Shown: positions 11,575-22,958, counted from the first letter of the stretch. The stretch is 64,000 nucleotides of DNA from Felis catus (GCF_018350175.1 NC_058368.1:177136001-177200000); one strand, 5' to 3'. Numbers and translations: made by a program. Notes: generated by a model not told the origin, from the letters alone.

Positions 11575-13478
11575 AGTCAGCAACCGTCTTAAGACAATCT
11601 TTTTGTGGAATCCCTGGCTTAACCCCAAAGCATGCATGTTTGCCCCTCAGAATTTTGGAAGTGCAGGCCTTTCCAGAAACGGGTATTTTCTGTGAAAAGA
11701 GGGCTGCCACTCAGCCTTTGGACTGCCCACATATTCACTTTTGCAGACAAGAATGAGGACCCAGTGCCCATGTTTCCGAACTCTAGGGGACACACTTCTG
11801 TATCTGAGTGGCCCCTGAAGGCCCCCTGCGGTGCACTTGGGCAGTACTAGGAGGGAAGAATTCTATAAATGCTCTTCTGTCTTAGCTGATCAGTCTCCAA
11901 ATCTCTCCAGTACACCCTCAAAGTAGGGGGATGGGCTGATTAAGCTGGCAGAACTGGTTTTTGGACAACCTTCTTCATAGGCCTTCCAAACTTCATCTGA
12001 GACTCTGCATTAAAATGACACCTATTATTTTCAGGTTTGAGGCCACAGCTGAAACTCCAGACTGAAAGCGTCCCATTTTCACATCTTGTTACATAGATAA
12101 GGCTCCTTGTGCATACACTTCCCTTCAAGTTTGGTAATTCTGAGCCGCTACTGGTTACAAAGCTCCTCCAGCAGAGAGGAAAAAAAAAAAAAAAGGGAGA
12201 AGCAGGCATACAACACTCCCATTCAGGTGGGAGGGAAGAGAATAAGACCATCAACAGGAGAAGCACCTGAATACACAAGCAAAAAACTCATTGGGATTAA
12301 TGCTGGAAACCTCAGTCTTATAACTTCTGTGTTCTAGCAGCTAGAATCTGGTTCATTAGGAAATCCCTACATAACTTCATTCCTCTTTACCTGTTTTCTG
12401 CCAGCTGGTTTCCTCAGAACTTAGGATACTCCTTGGGATAAATTTCTTAATCCTTGGAACCCTCCAAGTTGCTCAGGGCCTATAGAAGGGCCTGGGATAG
12501 GCTCTGGCAAAAAAAGTTCACACTAAATTGCTGAATAATGCACTGCCCTACCTCTCATTGCCCCTCATTTTGGACTCTGCTTGCAAGCACTCACCTCATC
12601 CTCTCCAAGATGGGAGAACTGCCAGAAAGAGGGACCTGCAAACGTGAAGACATGACGTTATGAGGGTTGATGGCCTGTTCTGGGAAAAATGAGGAGCCAG
12701 AACAGGAAGTGGAGCAAAGCATAGTGAGAAATGAATTTGGAAGGGTGTATTGGAGTTACACTGGGAAGAGCCTTCCGTGCTACGTGCCTGCCATGTTGCT
12801 ACTCAGGAGTGAGGAGTGGGACACACAGACTGGCTACCTGGTTTTAACCGGTATGTCCGTGGCTATTATCGAGGGGAAATATTTTCTAAATCCAACTCTC
12901 TCACATCTACATCAAAGACTTCTTGGCACATGTATAGTCTTGTTCAAGATCCTAGACTTGAGTCTGGCACTCAGGAAGGCAAGACCCTTTCTGCATTCAC
13001 CAAAATGATCTAGAGCATTGTTGACTTTTTTTTCCTCTTGTAAAGTTTGAAACATTATAGAATTACTCATTTCTTAAAATGTCTAAATTTTTTCAGCATA
13101 AATTTAAAGAGTCGAGAAGAATACGGTTTTCAGTGTATTGTAAATATTGACATTTAAAAACAAAGCTGTTCTGTTACTCTTCTCAGTGAAATTTAAATAT
13201 ATAGTAATTTCATACCATAATCCTTTTAAAATATACATGAACAAGCTGTTTTTCAATAGGTGGAAATTTTATATCCTTTTTTTTTGTTCCTTGAATTCTT
13301 ATCTCCATTCCATTCCCCTCCCCCCCCCCACCCCCAAGTTTTATGCTTGAAAGTCTTAATGCTCACCTTATCCTACGTCTCTTCTGTATGTTACAGTTTT
13401 CATTTTTGGTGATCACAGGCTTAGAATGTTGGTAAAAAAAAAAAAAAAAAAAGCTTTCTGCATTTATATTATCATTGT

Positions 13479-13693
13479 AGGGTCACCTGGGTGGCTGAGT
13501 CAGTTAAGTCCCTGACTCTTGGTTTTGGCTCAGGTCATGATCTCATGACTCGTGAGAGTGAGCCCCACATCGGGCTCTGCACTGCTGGTGTGGAGCCTGC
13601 TTGGGATTCTCTCTACCTCTCTCTCTGCCCCTCCCTGCTTGTGCTCACACATGCGCGCACTCTCTCTCTAAATAAATAAATAAACTTAAAAAA
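13479..13693 (+). mobile_element. Can-SINE
   Basis: Full length, with TSD atcattgta. Confidence 0.9.
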
Positions 13694-13871
13694 TAATCAT
13701 TGTAATTGTTATTAAATGCAAGTGGTCAAACAGTACATTAACATTTTGATAAACAACAATTAAACATAATTTAATTAGAACTACTTCTTTAAATCAACCA
13801 ATAATTTAAATAGTTTGCATATCCATGCATGAATATTACTCACTGCTAGAATGAGAGGATTCAGCATCAAA

Positions 13872-14088
13872 TTTTTATTTGTTTATTTTTTAGTTTATTT
13901 TTATTTACTTTGAGAGAGAGACAGTGTGTGAGCAGGGAGGGGCAGAGAGAGAGGGGGAGAGAGAATCCCAAGCAGGCTCTGGGCTGTTACTGTGGAGCCC
14001 AACGCAGGGCATGATCTCATGACTCATGAGATCATGACCTGAACTGAAATCAAAAGTCAGATGCTTAACCTACTGAACCAGCCAGGTA
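13872..14088 (-). mobile_element. Can-SINE
   Basis: Antisense copy with TSD tcaaatttt. Confidence 0.88.
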
Positions 14089-14244
14089 CTACTCAAATTT
14101 ATTTTTAGGTCACATTTTTATAGATGTTAGTACTTAAGAGGCTTGTTTATGTAAAAATGAAAATTGTCTTATAGCAATGTTATGCAACTTCTTTGGATTC
14201 CTTCAAAGTTATTGTGTCAAATATTACATAGTCAGCACTATTAT

Positions 14245-14432
14245 TGTTTTTATTTTTGAGAGAAAGAGAGTATGAGTTGGGAAAGGACAAAGAGAGGAGG
14301 ACAGAGGATCTGAGGATCCAAAGTGGGCTCCATGCTGATGGCAGCGAGCACAATGTGGGGCTCAGACTCAAGAACTGCGAGATCATCACTTGAGCCAAAG
14401 TCAGATGCTTAACTGAGCCACCCAAGCACCCC
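14245..14432 (-). mobile_element. Can-SINE
   Basis: Antisense copy ending gagccacccaagcacccc. Confidence 0.85.
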
Positions 14433-14619
14433 ACAAAATTCTAAATTATCATTAAAATTTAATTCAACCATCAATTTTGTTGAGTGCAAAGTTTTGGAAA
14501 TCATCTTAGTAAAAGCATTTTTTATACAGTCACTAGAGAAATTCACCGTCTCAATTTCTGGAAAGCATACCTAAAAGTCTTTATCAAGATTTACAAAATA
14601 ATTATTAATTATACCTGCA

Positions 14620-15577
14620 TAGCAGAGACAGTCCTATGTACTCACCATCTACTTTATTTCCTTTTTTCTAGGTGTGCAGGGAGAGTACATTGTTTAGCCT
14701 CTCTTGCAGCTTCTTAGGGCCATATGATTAGGTGCTGACCAATGAACAGTGAGCAAGAATGATGTGCTTCTGAGATAAGGCAGTTACAGCTGGTGACCCT
14801 CTCCTCTGTCCTCTCTCTCCCAACAATATGGGAGACCATGAATTCTAGATGGTGTAACTGTAAGATAGAAGACTAGCTGACCTCTTTGGACTGTGAATGA
14901 ACAAAAAATGTGTGTTAAGGCATTATGTTCCCAGGGTGTGGAAACTTAGTAAGATGTCTGCTTGGTGAGGCTGAGTGACATTTCCCTGAATTTTGTCCCA
15001 CTGTGTTTCTGATTAGCATGGGCCACAAGGTAGTTCCTATGGGGCATTTGAAGAGTAGAAGTGAAACTGAAGTCATTTTGTAGCCCATACACATTGTCAT
15101 TGGTCTGCTCGCTTACGTCCTTGGTGTGAAGAGTGTCTGGGTCCACTGTCACTCCATGTTCCCTTACAGCCTTCTTTAGATTCTCTGAGTCTGGGGTCAC
15201 AATTGTGCGGTCAGCTATGTGACGAAGGGCTCCAGCCTCTGCAGGACAGCTACACCACCAAGGTCAGAGGAAATAAGAACTTACAGGCTTCAGTCTATCC
15301 TCATGGGGCTCCAGTTTGGCTTAGGCTTGCTCTCCCCCATTTTATATCCTCCTTCCCTTCCTGACTGCCTGCCCCATGGACTTTCGATCCAGTGTTGAAT
15401 GTGAAGACAATGGGCTTACAGAGACTGCTTAATTACATTTAACAATTATATAAGGTCAACTCCTTGTAAAAAAAAAAAATCCCTTAACACACTGAGTGAT
15501 TCTGCTTCTCTGACTGACTGGACTGATACAGAGGGATAATTTGCTACTGTGGCATCGTGTATTCTATTCTAATACAA
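14620..15577 (+). mobile_element. Old MLT1-type LTR interrupted by a second ERVL-type solo LTR (about 14925-15530)
   Basis: MLT-like start and end (tgtgttaagg...atttgctactgtggca...ctaataca). The inner element ends in tctgcttctctgactgactggactgataca. Confidence 0.5.
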
Positions 15578-15961
15578 CCTTTCTTTACTCTTTCACTTGA
15601 AGGTATCTTATATAACCTGATAAGTTTAAAAAGGGTTGGGAAAGCACAAATATTAATTTCCATACATGTCTGTCAATAATTGGTGAAATGTTTCTATTTA
15701 CGTGCTTTAAATGTATTTTCCTAAAAAATTGTGAAACTAAAGATATAACTCATCTAAAATCTATTATTGACAAAGCCAGTCTACACTACCAAACCAGTCA
15801 GCCAAAAAGACTGTCAGATAAAGTCTAGCTTTGTTTTTCAGTTCAAATAAATGTGCTAATATGTATGTTTATGATAACTACCTTGTTTTTAATTCTATAG
15901 ATAGATGGATAAGGCATGGAGCCTAGTCATACGGATAAACAGGCTGCTGCTATCTTCAAAA

Positions 15962-16178
15962 ATTTTTTTTTTAATGTTTACTTATTTTTGAGAGAGAGAC
16001 AGAGAGACAGACAGAGTGTGAGTGGGAGAGGGGCAGAGAGAGAGGGAGACACAGAATCTAAAACAGGCTCCAGGCTCTGAGCTGTTAGCACAGAGCCAGA
16101 CGCAGGGCTCGAACCACAAACTGTGAGATCATGACCTGAGCCGAAGTCAGACGCTTAACTGAGCCACCCAGGCAGCCC
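15962..16178 (-). mobile_element. Can-SINE
   Basis: Antisense copy with TSD gctgctatctt. Confidence 0.92.
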
Positions 16179-16262
16179 GGCAGCTGCTATCTTTACTACT
16201 TCTTACTGCTGTTCTCTTTCCTAGAGTTTCACAAGATTATCTCTTAAGAGAACTGCATTCTT

Positions 16263-16510
16263 TGGGCCACCTGAGTGTCTCAGTAGGTTCAACTTCCAAC
16301 TCTTGGTTTCAGTCTCCTGGTTTGTGGGATTGAGCCCCAGGCTGTACTCTGTGCCTACATCACAGGGTCTGCTTGGGATTCTCTCCCCTTCTCTCTGCCT
16401 CTCCCCCATGCGTGCTTTCTCTCTCTCCCTCTCACTCAATAAATAAATAAATAAACTTAAAAAAACCTCTCCAGATTAAACAAACAAACAAACAAACAAA
16501 CAAACAAAAA
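16263..16510 (+). mobile_element. Can-SINE with (CAAA)n tail
   Basis: TSD agaactgcattctttg on both sides. Confidence 0.88.
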
Positions 16511-16564
16511 GAACTGCATTCTTTGACTTTAGTTGCAAATGAGTGAAGTCAAAATTTCAGTGCA

Positions 16565-16816
16565 GGATGCATGGCGCTCAGTCGGTAGAGCATGTGACTC
16601 TTCATCTTGGGATCATGAGTTTGAGCCCCACGCTGGATGAAGAGATTACTTAAAAATAAAATAAAAAAATAAAAAAAAATAAAAATATTTGAAAAAGGGA
16701 AGGGCATGTGATTCGCTCAGTTGGTGGAGCATGTGACTCTGATCTTGGGGTTGTGAGTTTGAGCCCCATGTTGGGCATAGAGTTTACTTAATAAAAAAAA
16801 ATAATAAACTTAAAAA
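16565..16816 (+). mobile_element. Two tandem short tRNA-head SINEs
   Basis: Two short heads lacking the CT region, each with an A tail. A single TSD aaaatttcagtgcag flanks the pair. Confidence 0.8.
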
Positions 16817-17108
16817 AATTTCAGTGCAGTATCCCTCTCTATAGTAATGTATCTGAATCAAAAAAACCCATCACAGGTCAAAATATACCATTTTAAAATG
16901 CCACTCTTTGTCTTCAAAGGTATTCATAAGAAAGGGAAAGACATAAAACCCTCCCAAGGGTTTATGGTGCCTTGATTAAAAGAGAACTCACGGGAGTCCA
17001 ATACTTTGAATTAGCATGCATACTCTCTCTCTTTTGCATCTCTATTAGTTATCTATTGCTGTGGAACAAATTAACTCAAAATGTAGCAGCTTAAAATAAA
17101 CATTATTG

Positions 17109-17292
17109 AGGTACCTGGGTGGCTCAGTAGGTTAAATGTCTGACTCTTGATTTCTGCTCAGGTCATGATCTCCTACTTTGTAAGTTTAAGCCCTGTGTCA
17201 GGCTCTGTGCTAACACAGTTTGGAATTCTCTGTCTCCCTCTCTCTCTTCCTCTCTCCTGCTCATGCGCTCTCCCTCTCTCTCTCTCTCAAAA
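17109..17292 (+). mobile_element. Can-SINE abutting an L1 fragment
   Basis: Head and (CT)n region; the tail runs directly into L1 ORF2 sequence. Confidence 0.88.
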
Positions 17293-18350
17293 ATGCAAAA
17301 GAATGAAACTGGACCATTTTCTTACACCATACACAAAAATAAACTCAAAATGGATTAAAGACCTAGATGTGAGACCCGAAGCCATAAAACTTCTAGAAGA
17401 AAATATAGGCAGTAGTTTCTTTGACATCAGCCTTAACAACGTTTGTCTAGATATGCCCCCTCAGACAAATGAAACAAAAGTAAAAATGCAATATTAGGAC
17501 TACACTAAAATAAAAAGCTTTTGTATATCAAAACGAAATGAAAAGGTAACCTACTGAATAGAAGATATTTGTGAATGATGTATCCAATAAGGGGTTAACA
17601 TCCAAAATATAGAAATAACTTAAGCAACTCAACCCCAAAAATGTTCCATTAAAAAATGGGCAGATGACCTGAACATTTTATCCACAAAGACATACAGATG
17701 GCCAACAGACCCATGAAAAGACGCTCAACATCATTAATCATCAGGGAAATGCAAGTCAAAACCACAATGAGATATCATCTTACGAGACCAGGGCTCTAAC
17801 CCCTGAGCTACGGAGCATCACAATGAGATCTCATCTTAACACCTGTCAGAATGACTAGTATCAAAAAGAAGGAATGACAAGTGTTGCTGAGTATGTGGAG
17901 ACAAAGGAACCCTTGTTCACTGTTAATGGGAATGTAAATTGGTGCAGCCAGTGTGGAAAACGGTATTAAGGTTCCTCAAAAAATTAAAAATAGAAAGATC
18001 ATATGATCTAGTACTCCACTATTGGGCATTTACCCAAGGAAAATGAAAATACTAACCTGAAAAGATACATGCACCCCAATGTTACTGTAGCATTTACAAA
18101 GCCAAAATATGGAAGCAACCTACAAGTCCATTGATTGAGGAATGTTAAAAGAAGACGTGGTATGCATACACAGCGGGATATTATTCAGCCACAAAAAAAG
18201 AGTGAGCTCTTGCCATTTGGGACAGCATGGATGGACCTAGAGGGTATTGTGCTAAGTGAAAGAAGTCAGACAGAGAAAAAAACCAAGTACAGATGATTTC
18301 ACTTATACGTGGAATCTAAAAAACAAAAGAAACAAAAAGCAGAAAAAACT
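17291..18350 (+). mobile_element. L1 ORF2 3' fragment (carnivore-type)
   Basis: Translates CKRMKLDHFLTPYTKINSKWIKDLDVRPEAIKLLEENIG, a conserved ORF2p C-terminal region, and continues to cacttatacgtggaatctaaaaaa. Confidence 0.9.
17782..17816 (-). pseudogene. 5'-half tRNA-Thr fragment (tailless retrocopy) inserted in L1
   Basis: Reverse complement GCTCCGTAGCTCAGGGGTTAGAGCCCTGGTCTCGT resembles the 5' half of mammalian tRNA-Thr up to the anticodon. It is flanked by 21-bp direct repeats at 17761-17781 and 17817-17837. Confidence 0.8.
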
Positions 18351-19814
18351 AGTAACTAGGAACAGGGCATCAAGTACTAAGGGGCAAAGACAACTCTAAA
18401 TAGAGAAACAGCAGTCATAAGGAGCAACCATCACCTTTAGGGCTGATGCAGAGTACCTGAGGAAGAAACTTGGAGGAGCCTTCCACCCTCACAGCTAGGC
18501 TGAGATTCAGACCTTACTGGCGAGACGGTTAATTGTGACCCACTGGATGGTGACATTTGCTGAAGTGCTCCAGGTTAGGGCTGGCGAGCAGGAAACTTCC
18601 CACTGAGGTTGTCACTGAGTTCACTGGGAAGCCACCCTATGAATGTCCCAGCCACCCGTGTATATGTGTTGGGGGGCTGGTTTGGATATGGTTCTGCAAA
18701 CCATGTGCTGCTGTATACCACAAAAGCAAGAAGGAAAATAAAGTATATTGGAATTAGGAAGAGAAGATCCTCCATCTGCTTGTGTTCCTCTAGGAACGTT
18801 GTGCCAGCAGGCAGAGGAGAGGGGAAACATTCAGAGGGTCCCACTCCTGTGTTTCAAAGTAGGTAAAAGAACTTGGAACTGAGAGGCTATTAACTGGTAA
18901 CAGGTTCACATAAGTTCTGCTGCACAAAATTAATGTATTTTATTATGAAATGCTCTCCTAGACCCCACTGTGTGTGTTATATTACATATACTGCATGTGT
19001 ACCATACTGTCTTTGTACAATCTAAACAATTTTGAATTCTGAATATGTTTCAGACCTTAGGATTTTGGTTAAGGGATTGTGGACCTGACCACTTTGTTGT
19101 TAGCAGGTCTTGTAAACCCCAAAGCAGAGCTATCTGAAAAACTGAAATATGCCTCAAGGTCTTCTGCCTTTATTGATGACCAAATGTAATCACCAGCTGG
19201 CTTCAAGCCTGAAGCAATAAAAATACCTGAGAACCTGAGTTCTTGTTTGACTAAAGTGATAAGCCTTGGCTCAGCTTGTCTCTCGTATAGCTGGGGTAAG
19301 GCTTCTATCAATATAAGACTTTTTAAATTCCTTGAGCTGCTGGAATTTGACCCAATAGTATTTTTTTCCTCTTACAGTAGAATATGGTTTTAATAAAAAG
19401 ATAGAAACCTTGAGTTATCTCCATTATAGTTCTAACGCCAAGGGCTGCAAACTCAAATATCTCTATGGGTTAGGCATGCAATTTAAATGAGTGGAGCCTG
19501 CAGACAGAAGACAACAGGGGGCAATGGTGACAGTGGAAATCTATAGAGCACATGCTTCCTATAAAGAAGTTAGTTGCTACTTAACCATTGCATACTGTTG
19601 CCATGTATATCCAATATAGTCAGATTCTCTAATATTTCAAGATAAGATGGAACTTCAGACTTTATGAAAATGTCAAATTTTAAAATAATAAATATGGTGT
19701 AGGATATACATATTGGGGATTACAGCTTGTGACTCCTACCCTCACCCTGTGTGCCAGGTCCTGTGGCAAATGCTGGGAACTCAGAGGTCTTGGTTGGCTG
19801 TTACACTGGTAGTC

Positions 19815-20212
19815 CCAGTGAACCATGATTGCTTGTGAACAAGCTTGCATAGTCCCTTTCCACATTCACTCTGGGTTTGGCTCTATGACTTGCTTTGGCC
19901 AACAGGACATTAGCAAGCGTGGTGCAACCAAAAGCTTGATAATCATTTGCTCATTGGGACTTGTCTTCTTGGAAGCCAGTTGCCGTGCAGAAATTTGAAT
20001 AAGACACCAGGTGGAGAAGACAGGCCTGAGAGGATGAGAAGCTATTTTGATGAGCTCCCAGCTGATTGCAGTCTCTATGAGTAACCTCAGCTTATACCAT
20101 GTGGGCCCAGCTGAGTCCAGCTGACCCACAGAATTGTAAAAATAAACCACCGTTTTTAAAGTTACTAAGTCTTGGGCGTGGTTTATTATGATACAAAAAG
20201 GTTAGTGAAACA
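19815..20212 (+). mobile_element. MLT1-type MaLR solo LTR
   Basis: Contains atgacttgctttggccaa, cccagctgagtccagc...cccacagaattgt and the terminal ttttaaag..actaagt.ttggg..tggtttattatg...aaca. Confidence 0.7.
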
Positions 20213-20705
20213 GAGGTCATTTATCCTAACTCCTGTTTTACTAATGAATGTCCCAATGCCTAGACAGGGGAAGGGTTCTAGTTAAATGCAGACAGCAAGT
20301 TAGTGGCAGTAACTTTCCAATTCTGTGCTCTCTTTTCCTACTGCTTTTAATTCCTTTGGTGGAAAGCACCAAAGGACTATGAAACTTCAAACTCTACCAG
20401 TGTGGAACTTACACTGTGCCCTGCATGCATACAAATTACCGTAATAACTTGATCCTTAGAAATAGAAAGATTTCTAGGTCATCAAGTCCCCTCACTTTAC
20501 AGGTACAGAGAATGCAAAACACTAGAGAAAGAGAAAAGCAGCTTCTGATATTTAGTTGTAATGCTACTAGATGATAGCTAGCTCTCTTAGGTAGACCTTG
20601 TGCTCTCCTGTTGAACACAGTTTGGCAGAATGTAAACATCAGATGAGGCCACTCTCTGACCATGGATAGATCAAGACAAAGACAAGCTCGCTCCTTAATT
20701 ACGTT

Positions 20706-21058
20706 TGAAAGCAGATAAAACATGAACATTGTCCAAACCACAAAAAATGACCAAACATCCGTCATCTTGGCTAATGAGGGGTTTCTGCTTCTTTACCAAT
20801 TACAGCTGCAACCTCAATCTAGTGTTCCCGTGTTCTAGGAACGACTGAGATGCCCCATCATAGAATTACCCCCACTTCCTGACAGCATCTGATCCAGAGT
20901 AAAGCCCCACTTCCTTACACCCTCTCCCAAATCACCTAACAACTCTTATGATTTTTCATGGTGGGTATTCTCTCTCATTGCAACCAGTAATTAGCCCAAC
21001 TTGTTCAATCAGCGTGTCCCTAGTGGTCTTTGGTTAGTGACCACTGACAGACCTGACA
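20706..21058 (+). mobile_element. Probable solo LTR (ERV1-class-like) just upstream of the CpG island
   Basis: TG...CA bounded segment of about 350 bp with an LTR-like 3' part (ctctctcattgcaa...tggtctttgg...tgaca). Family not certain. Confidence 0.45.
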
Positions 21059-21605
21059 AAGTTCACACAGAGATGAAGGCAGAATTCACTAGGAGTCTCC
21101 AGGTCTCCGGCTGTGGTCCTTCTTAGCGCCCACTCTTTTGGTTAATGTTTTTCCACCACTAGAATTAAACTCCATGATAACCGAATCCTTCCCTGTAACG
21201 TTCGGAGCTGATTTCCAGTGCCTAGACTGGTACCCGGCAGAGGCTGGAAGTTTAAAAAATAAGTACTTTCTGAACGACAAAGAGGGGCCCAATATGCACA
21301 GGTTCCCTTTCATTTCTCTGCTCTTCCCAGTTCGTGGTGCGTACAGACGGCACCAATTGTTCATCTCCATAAACCCACTTTCCCCAATTAGATTTCCAAA
21401 CCTCTCACTCCTGGGATGCCCAAACTCTCAGAGCCTCCTCCCTTGCCTGAGCTTCTTTCGCTGGCTGGCACCCTCCCACACCTGAGCGCCAGGGCTTCCT
21501 AACGCACCTAGAACCCACCTGTCTCCAACATCTGTCCCTATCACCAGCGGCTCGCGCACCAGCCTCCCCGCTACCTAGGCGTCTTGTGGACACTGCGGCG
21601 TCGAG

Positions 21606-21616
21606 TGCGCATGTGC
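21606..21616. promoter_or_regulatory. NRF1-like site
   Basis: TGCGCATGTGC, one mismatch from the TGCGCATGCGC consensus. ETS cores lie nearby (CAGGAAGT about 21700, CCGGAAG 21721) and an E-box CACGTG sits at 21815-21820. Confidence 0.55.
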
Positions 21617-21736
21617 GGAAATCGGTCCACACGCAAGATTTCTGACGAGTGAAGAGTTACCTCGGAGTTTCCGTCCCGGTCCGAAGCGCCTGGGGCTGCC
21701 AGGAAGTCAGGAGAAACTAGCCGGAAGGAGAATCCG

Positions 21737-21763
21737 CGCGAGGGCTTTCTGGGACATGTAGTT
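21737..21763 (-). promoter_or_regulatory. ZNF143/THAP11-type composite motif (ACTACAnnTCCCA...)
   Basis: Reverse complement reads AACTACATGTCCCAGAAAGCCCTCGCG. Confidence 0.7.
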
Positions 21764-21903
21764 GTGGCGCTCCTGAGGCCCTGTTTTGAAGGAGCCCTTC
21801 ATTCTTTAGGTTTGCACGTGCCACTTTCAAAGTCCAGTGCTACTTTCGGCTCAGAATTCAGCTTCGGGGTGCCAAGAGAGATTAGCCTGGTGTTGGCTTC
21901 TCG

Positions 21904-21952
21904 TTCCCACAACGCTCTGCGGGCTCCCCGGCGCCTGCTGGGAGCTGTAGTC
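21904..21952. promoter_or_regulatory. Two further ZNF143-type sites in opposite orientations
   Basis: TTCCCACAACGCTCTGCG (+, 21904-21921) and GACTACAGCTCCCAG (-, 21938-21952). Confidence 0.65.
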
Positions 21953-22130
21953 CTCGATCGGCGTACTGCGTTCGCCGAGGGGGAGGGCGGAGCTGCCGGC
22001 GGCCCGGGCGGGCTGGCAGCTAGAGTGGGTACGATAGCCGCCTCCGCCTCTGCCGCCTCCGCCGTCGCCTCCTCCGCCCGGGCCGTTCGCTGCTGCGCGG
22101 GGAGAGCGAGGCGGGGCCGCCGGGGCCGCC

Positions 22131-22175
22131 ATGGAGCCCGACTCGGTGATTGAGGACAAGACCATCGAGCTCATG
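22131..22175 (+). CDS. FBXW11: FBXW11 (beta-TrCP2) coding exon 1, MEPDSVIEDKTIELM
   Basis: ATG in an optimal Kozak context (gccgccATGG) inside a CpG island. The 15 codons match the N-terminus of mammalian FBXW11 as I recall it. A canonical donor ATG|GTGAGT follows at 22176 (phase 0), and there is an in-frame upstream stop TAG at 22035-22037. Confidence 0.96.
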
Positions 22176-22954
22176 GTGAGTGCGGCCCGCTGGACCGTTC
22201 TTCCGTCCGACCGGCCCCGGGCGGGCCTGCCCACCTCAGCGTCCGGCGCGAGGCCGGCTCCGGCCCTTCCCCGCCGCCGCGGCCCCGACCTGGGCCCCCC
22301 GCCTTCCCTGGCCTCGGGGCCGGCGCGGTTCCTCCAGATCCCTCGAGATCTCAGGCCGGACCTGGCCCGGCCCCCTCCATGCTTCTCGGTTCTCATTCCT
22401 TCCTCTGTCCTATATCCGGGCCCGTCTCTCGAAGGACCCTCGCTCGCTTCTGCTGTGGCCTTAGCGTACACTCGGTCTAGCATCTCATTCTCCTTCTTTT
22501 AGAAGGGGATTTTTTTTCTCTATTTCTCCGGCCCAGGCCTGCACCGCTCTTGCAAGCCCCACTCAGGCCGAGTGAGATGGTGGTGGGAGGGGGGTTAGGA
22601 GGAGATGGGTCAGGGCCTCGGTCTCCGCGTCCTAGTAGGGGTCTCAGCACCCTCTCCCCAGCGTAGGGCTGTGTGGATGCCGGGATAGGCCCTACAGGGG
22701 TGGAGGTGGGAGCTGTGGGGTTTGTAGATGTGACGTATAAGGGGCCTCTTTCCCGGGCCCCCGTGGTGTCCGGCTTCTCGGACAAAGGGTTTCCTACTCC
22801 GCGATGAGGGATGTTTGCATAGCAAGGCCCCAGGTACTCCGGATTCCATCTCCCAGGAAAGGGAAACTGTAACTTCATGTTTTTCAGCGCTGCTTTGGGA
22901 AAATTGGGGAGGAGGGGGGTAGGGTTGTCCTCATCACTGCCGCCAGTTCTTTCT

Positions 22955-22958
<4 letters not shown>

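Larger units (their letters stand above)
21540..22810 (+). promoter_or_regulatory. FBXW11: CpG island / FBXW11 promoter, 5'UTR and start of intron 1
   Basis: Sharp rise in GC and CpG content against CpG-depleted flanks. It spans the start codon, has a GCC/CCT-repeat-rich leader at 22037-22080, and shows no obvious TATA box. Confidence 0.92.

Noticed and set aside
11940..12340. 112-aa minus-strand ORF beside an A tract, possible processed pseudogene
   Set aside because: No recognisable protein, no TSD, and the A tract lies in the middle of the segment.
22050..22130. In-frame upstream CTG that could add a Pro-rich 27-residue N-terminal extension
   Set aside because: Poor initiation context (C at -3 and +4), while the ATG has an optimal Kozak. 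Needs ribosome profiling to take further.
21851..22483. 210-aa minus-strand ORF across the promoter, plus overlapping ORFs at 21764-22153 and 22477-22878
   Set aside because: Gly/Arg/Ala/Pro-rich low-complexity products expected from stop-poor CpG islands; no recognisable domain.
22176..22502. Continuation of the 123-aa ORF beyond MEPDSVIEDKTIELM
   Set aside because: Read-through into intron 1 past a canonical GTGAGT donor; similarity to FBXW11 stops at the donor.
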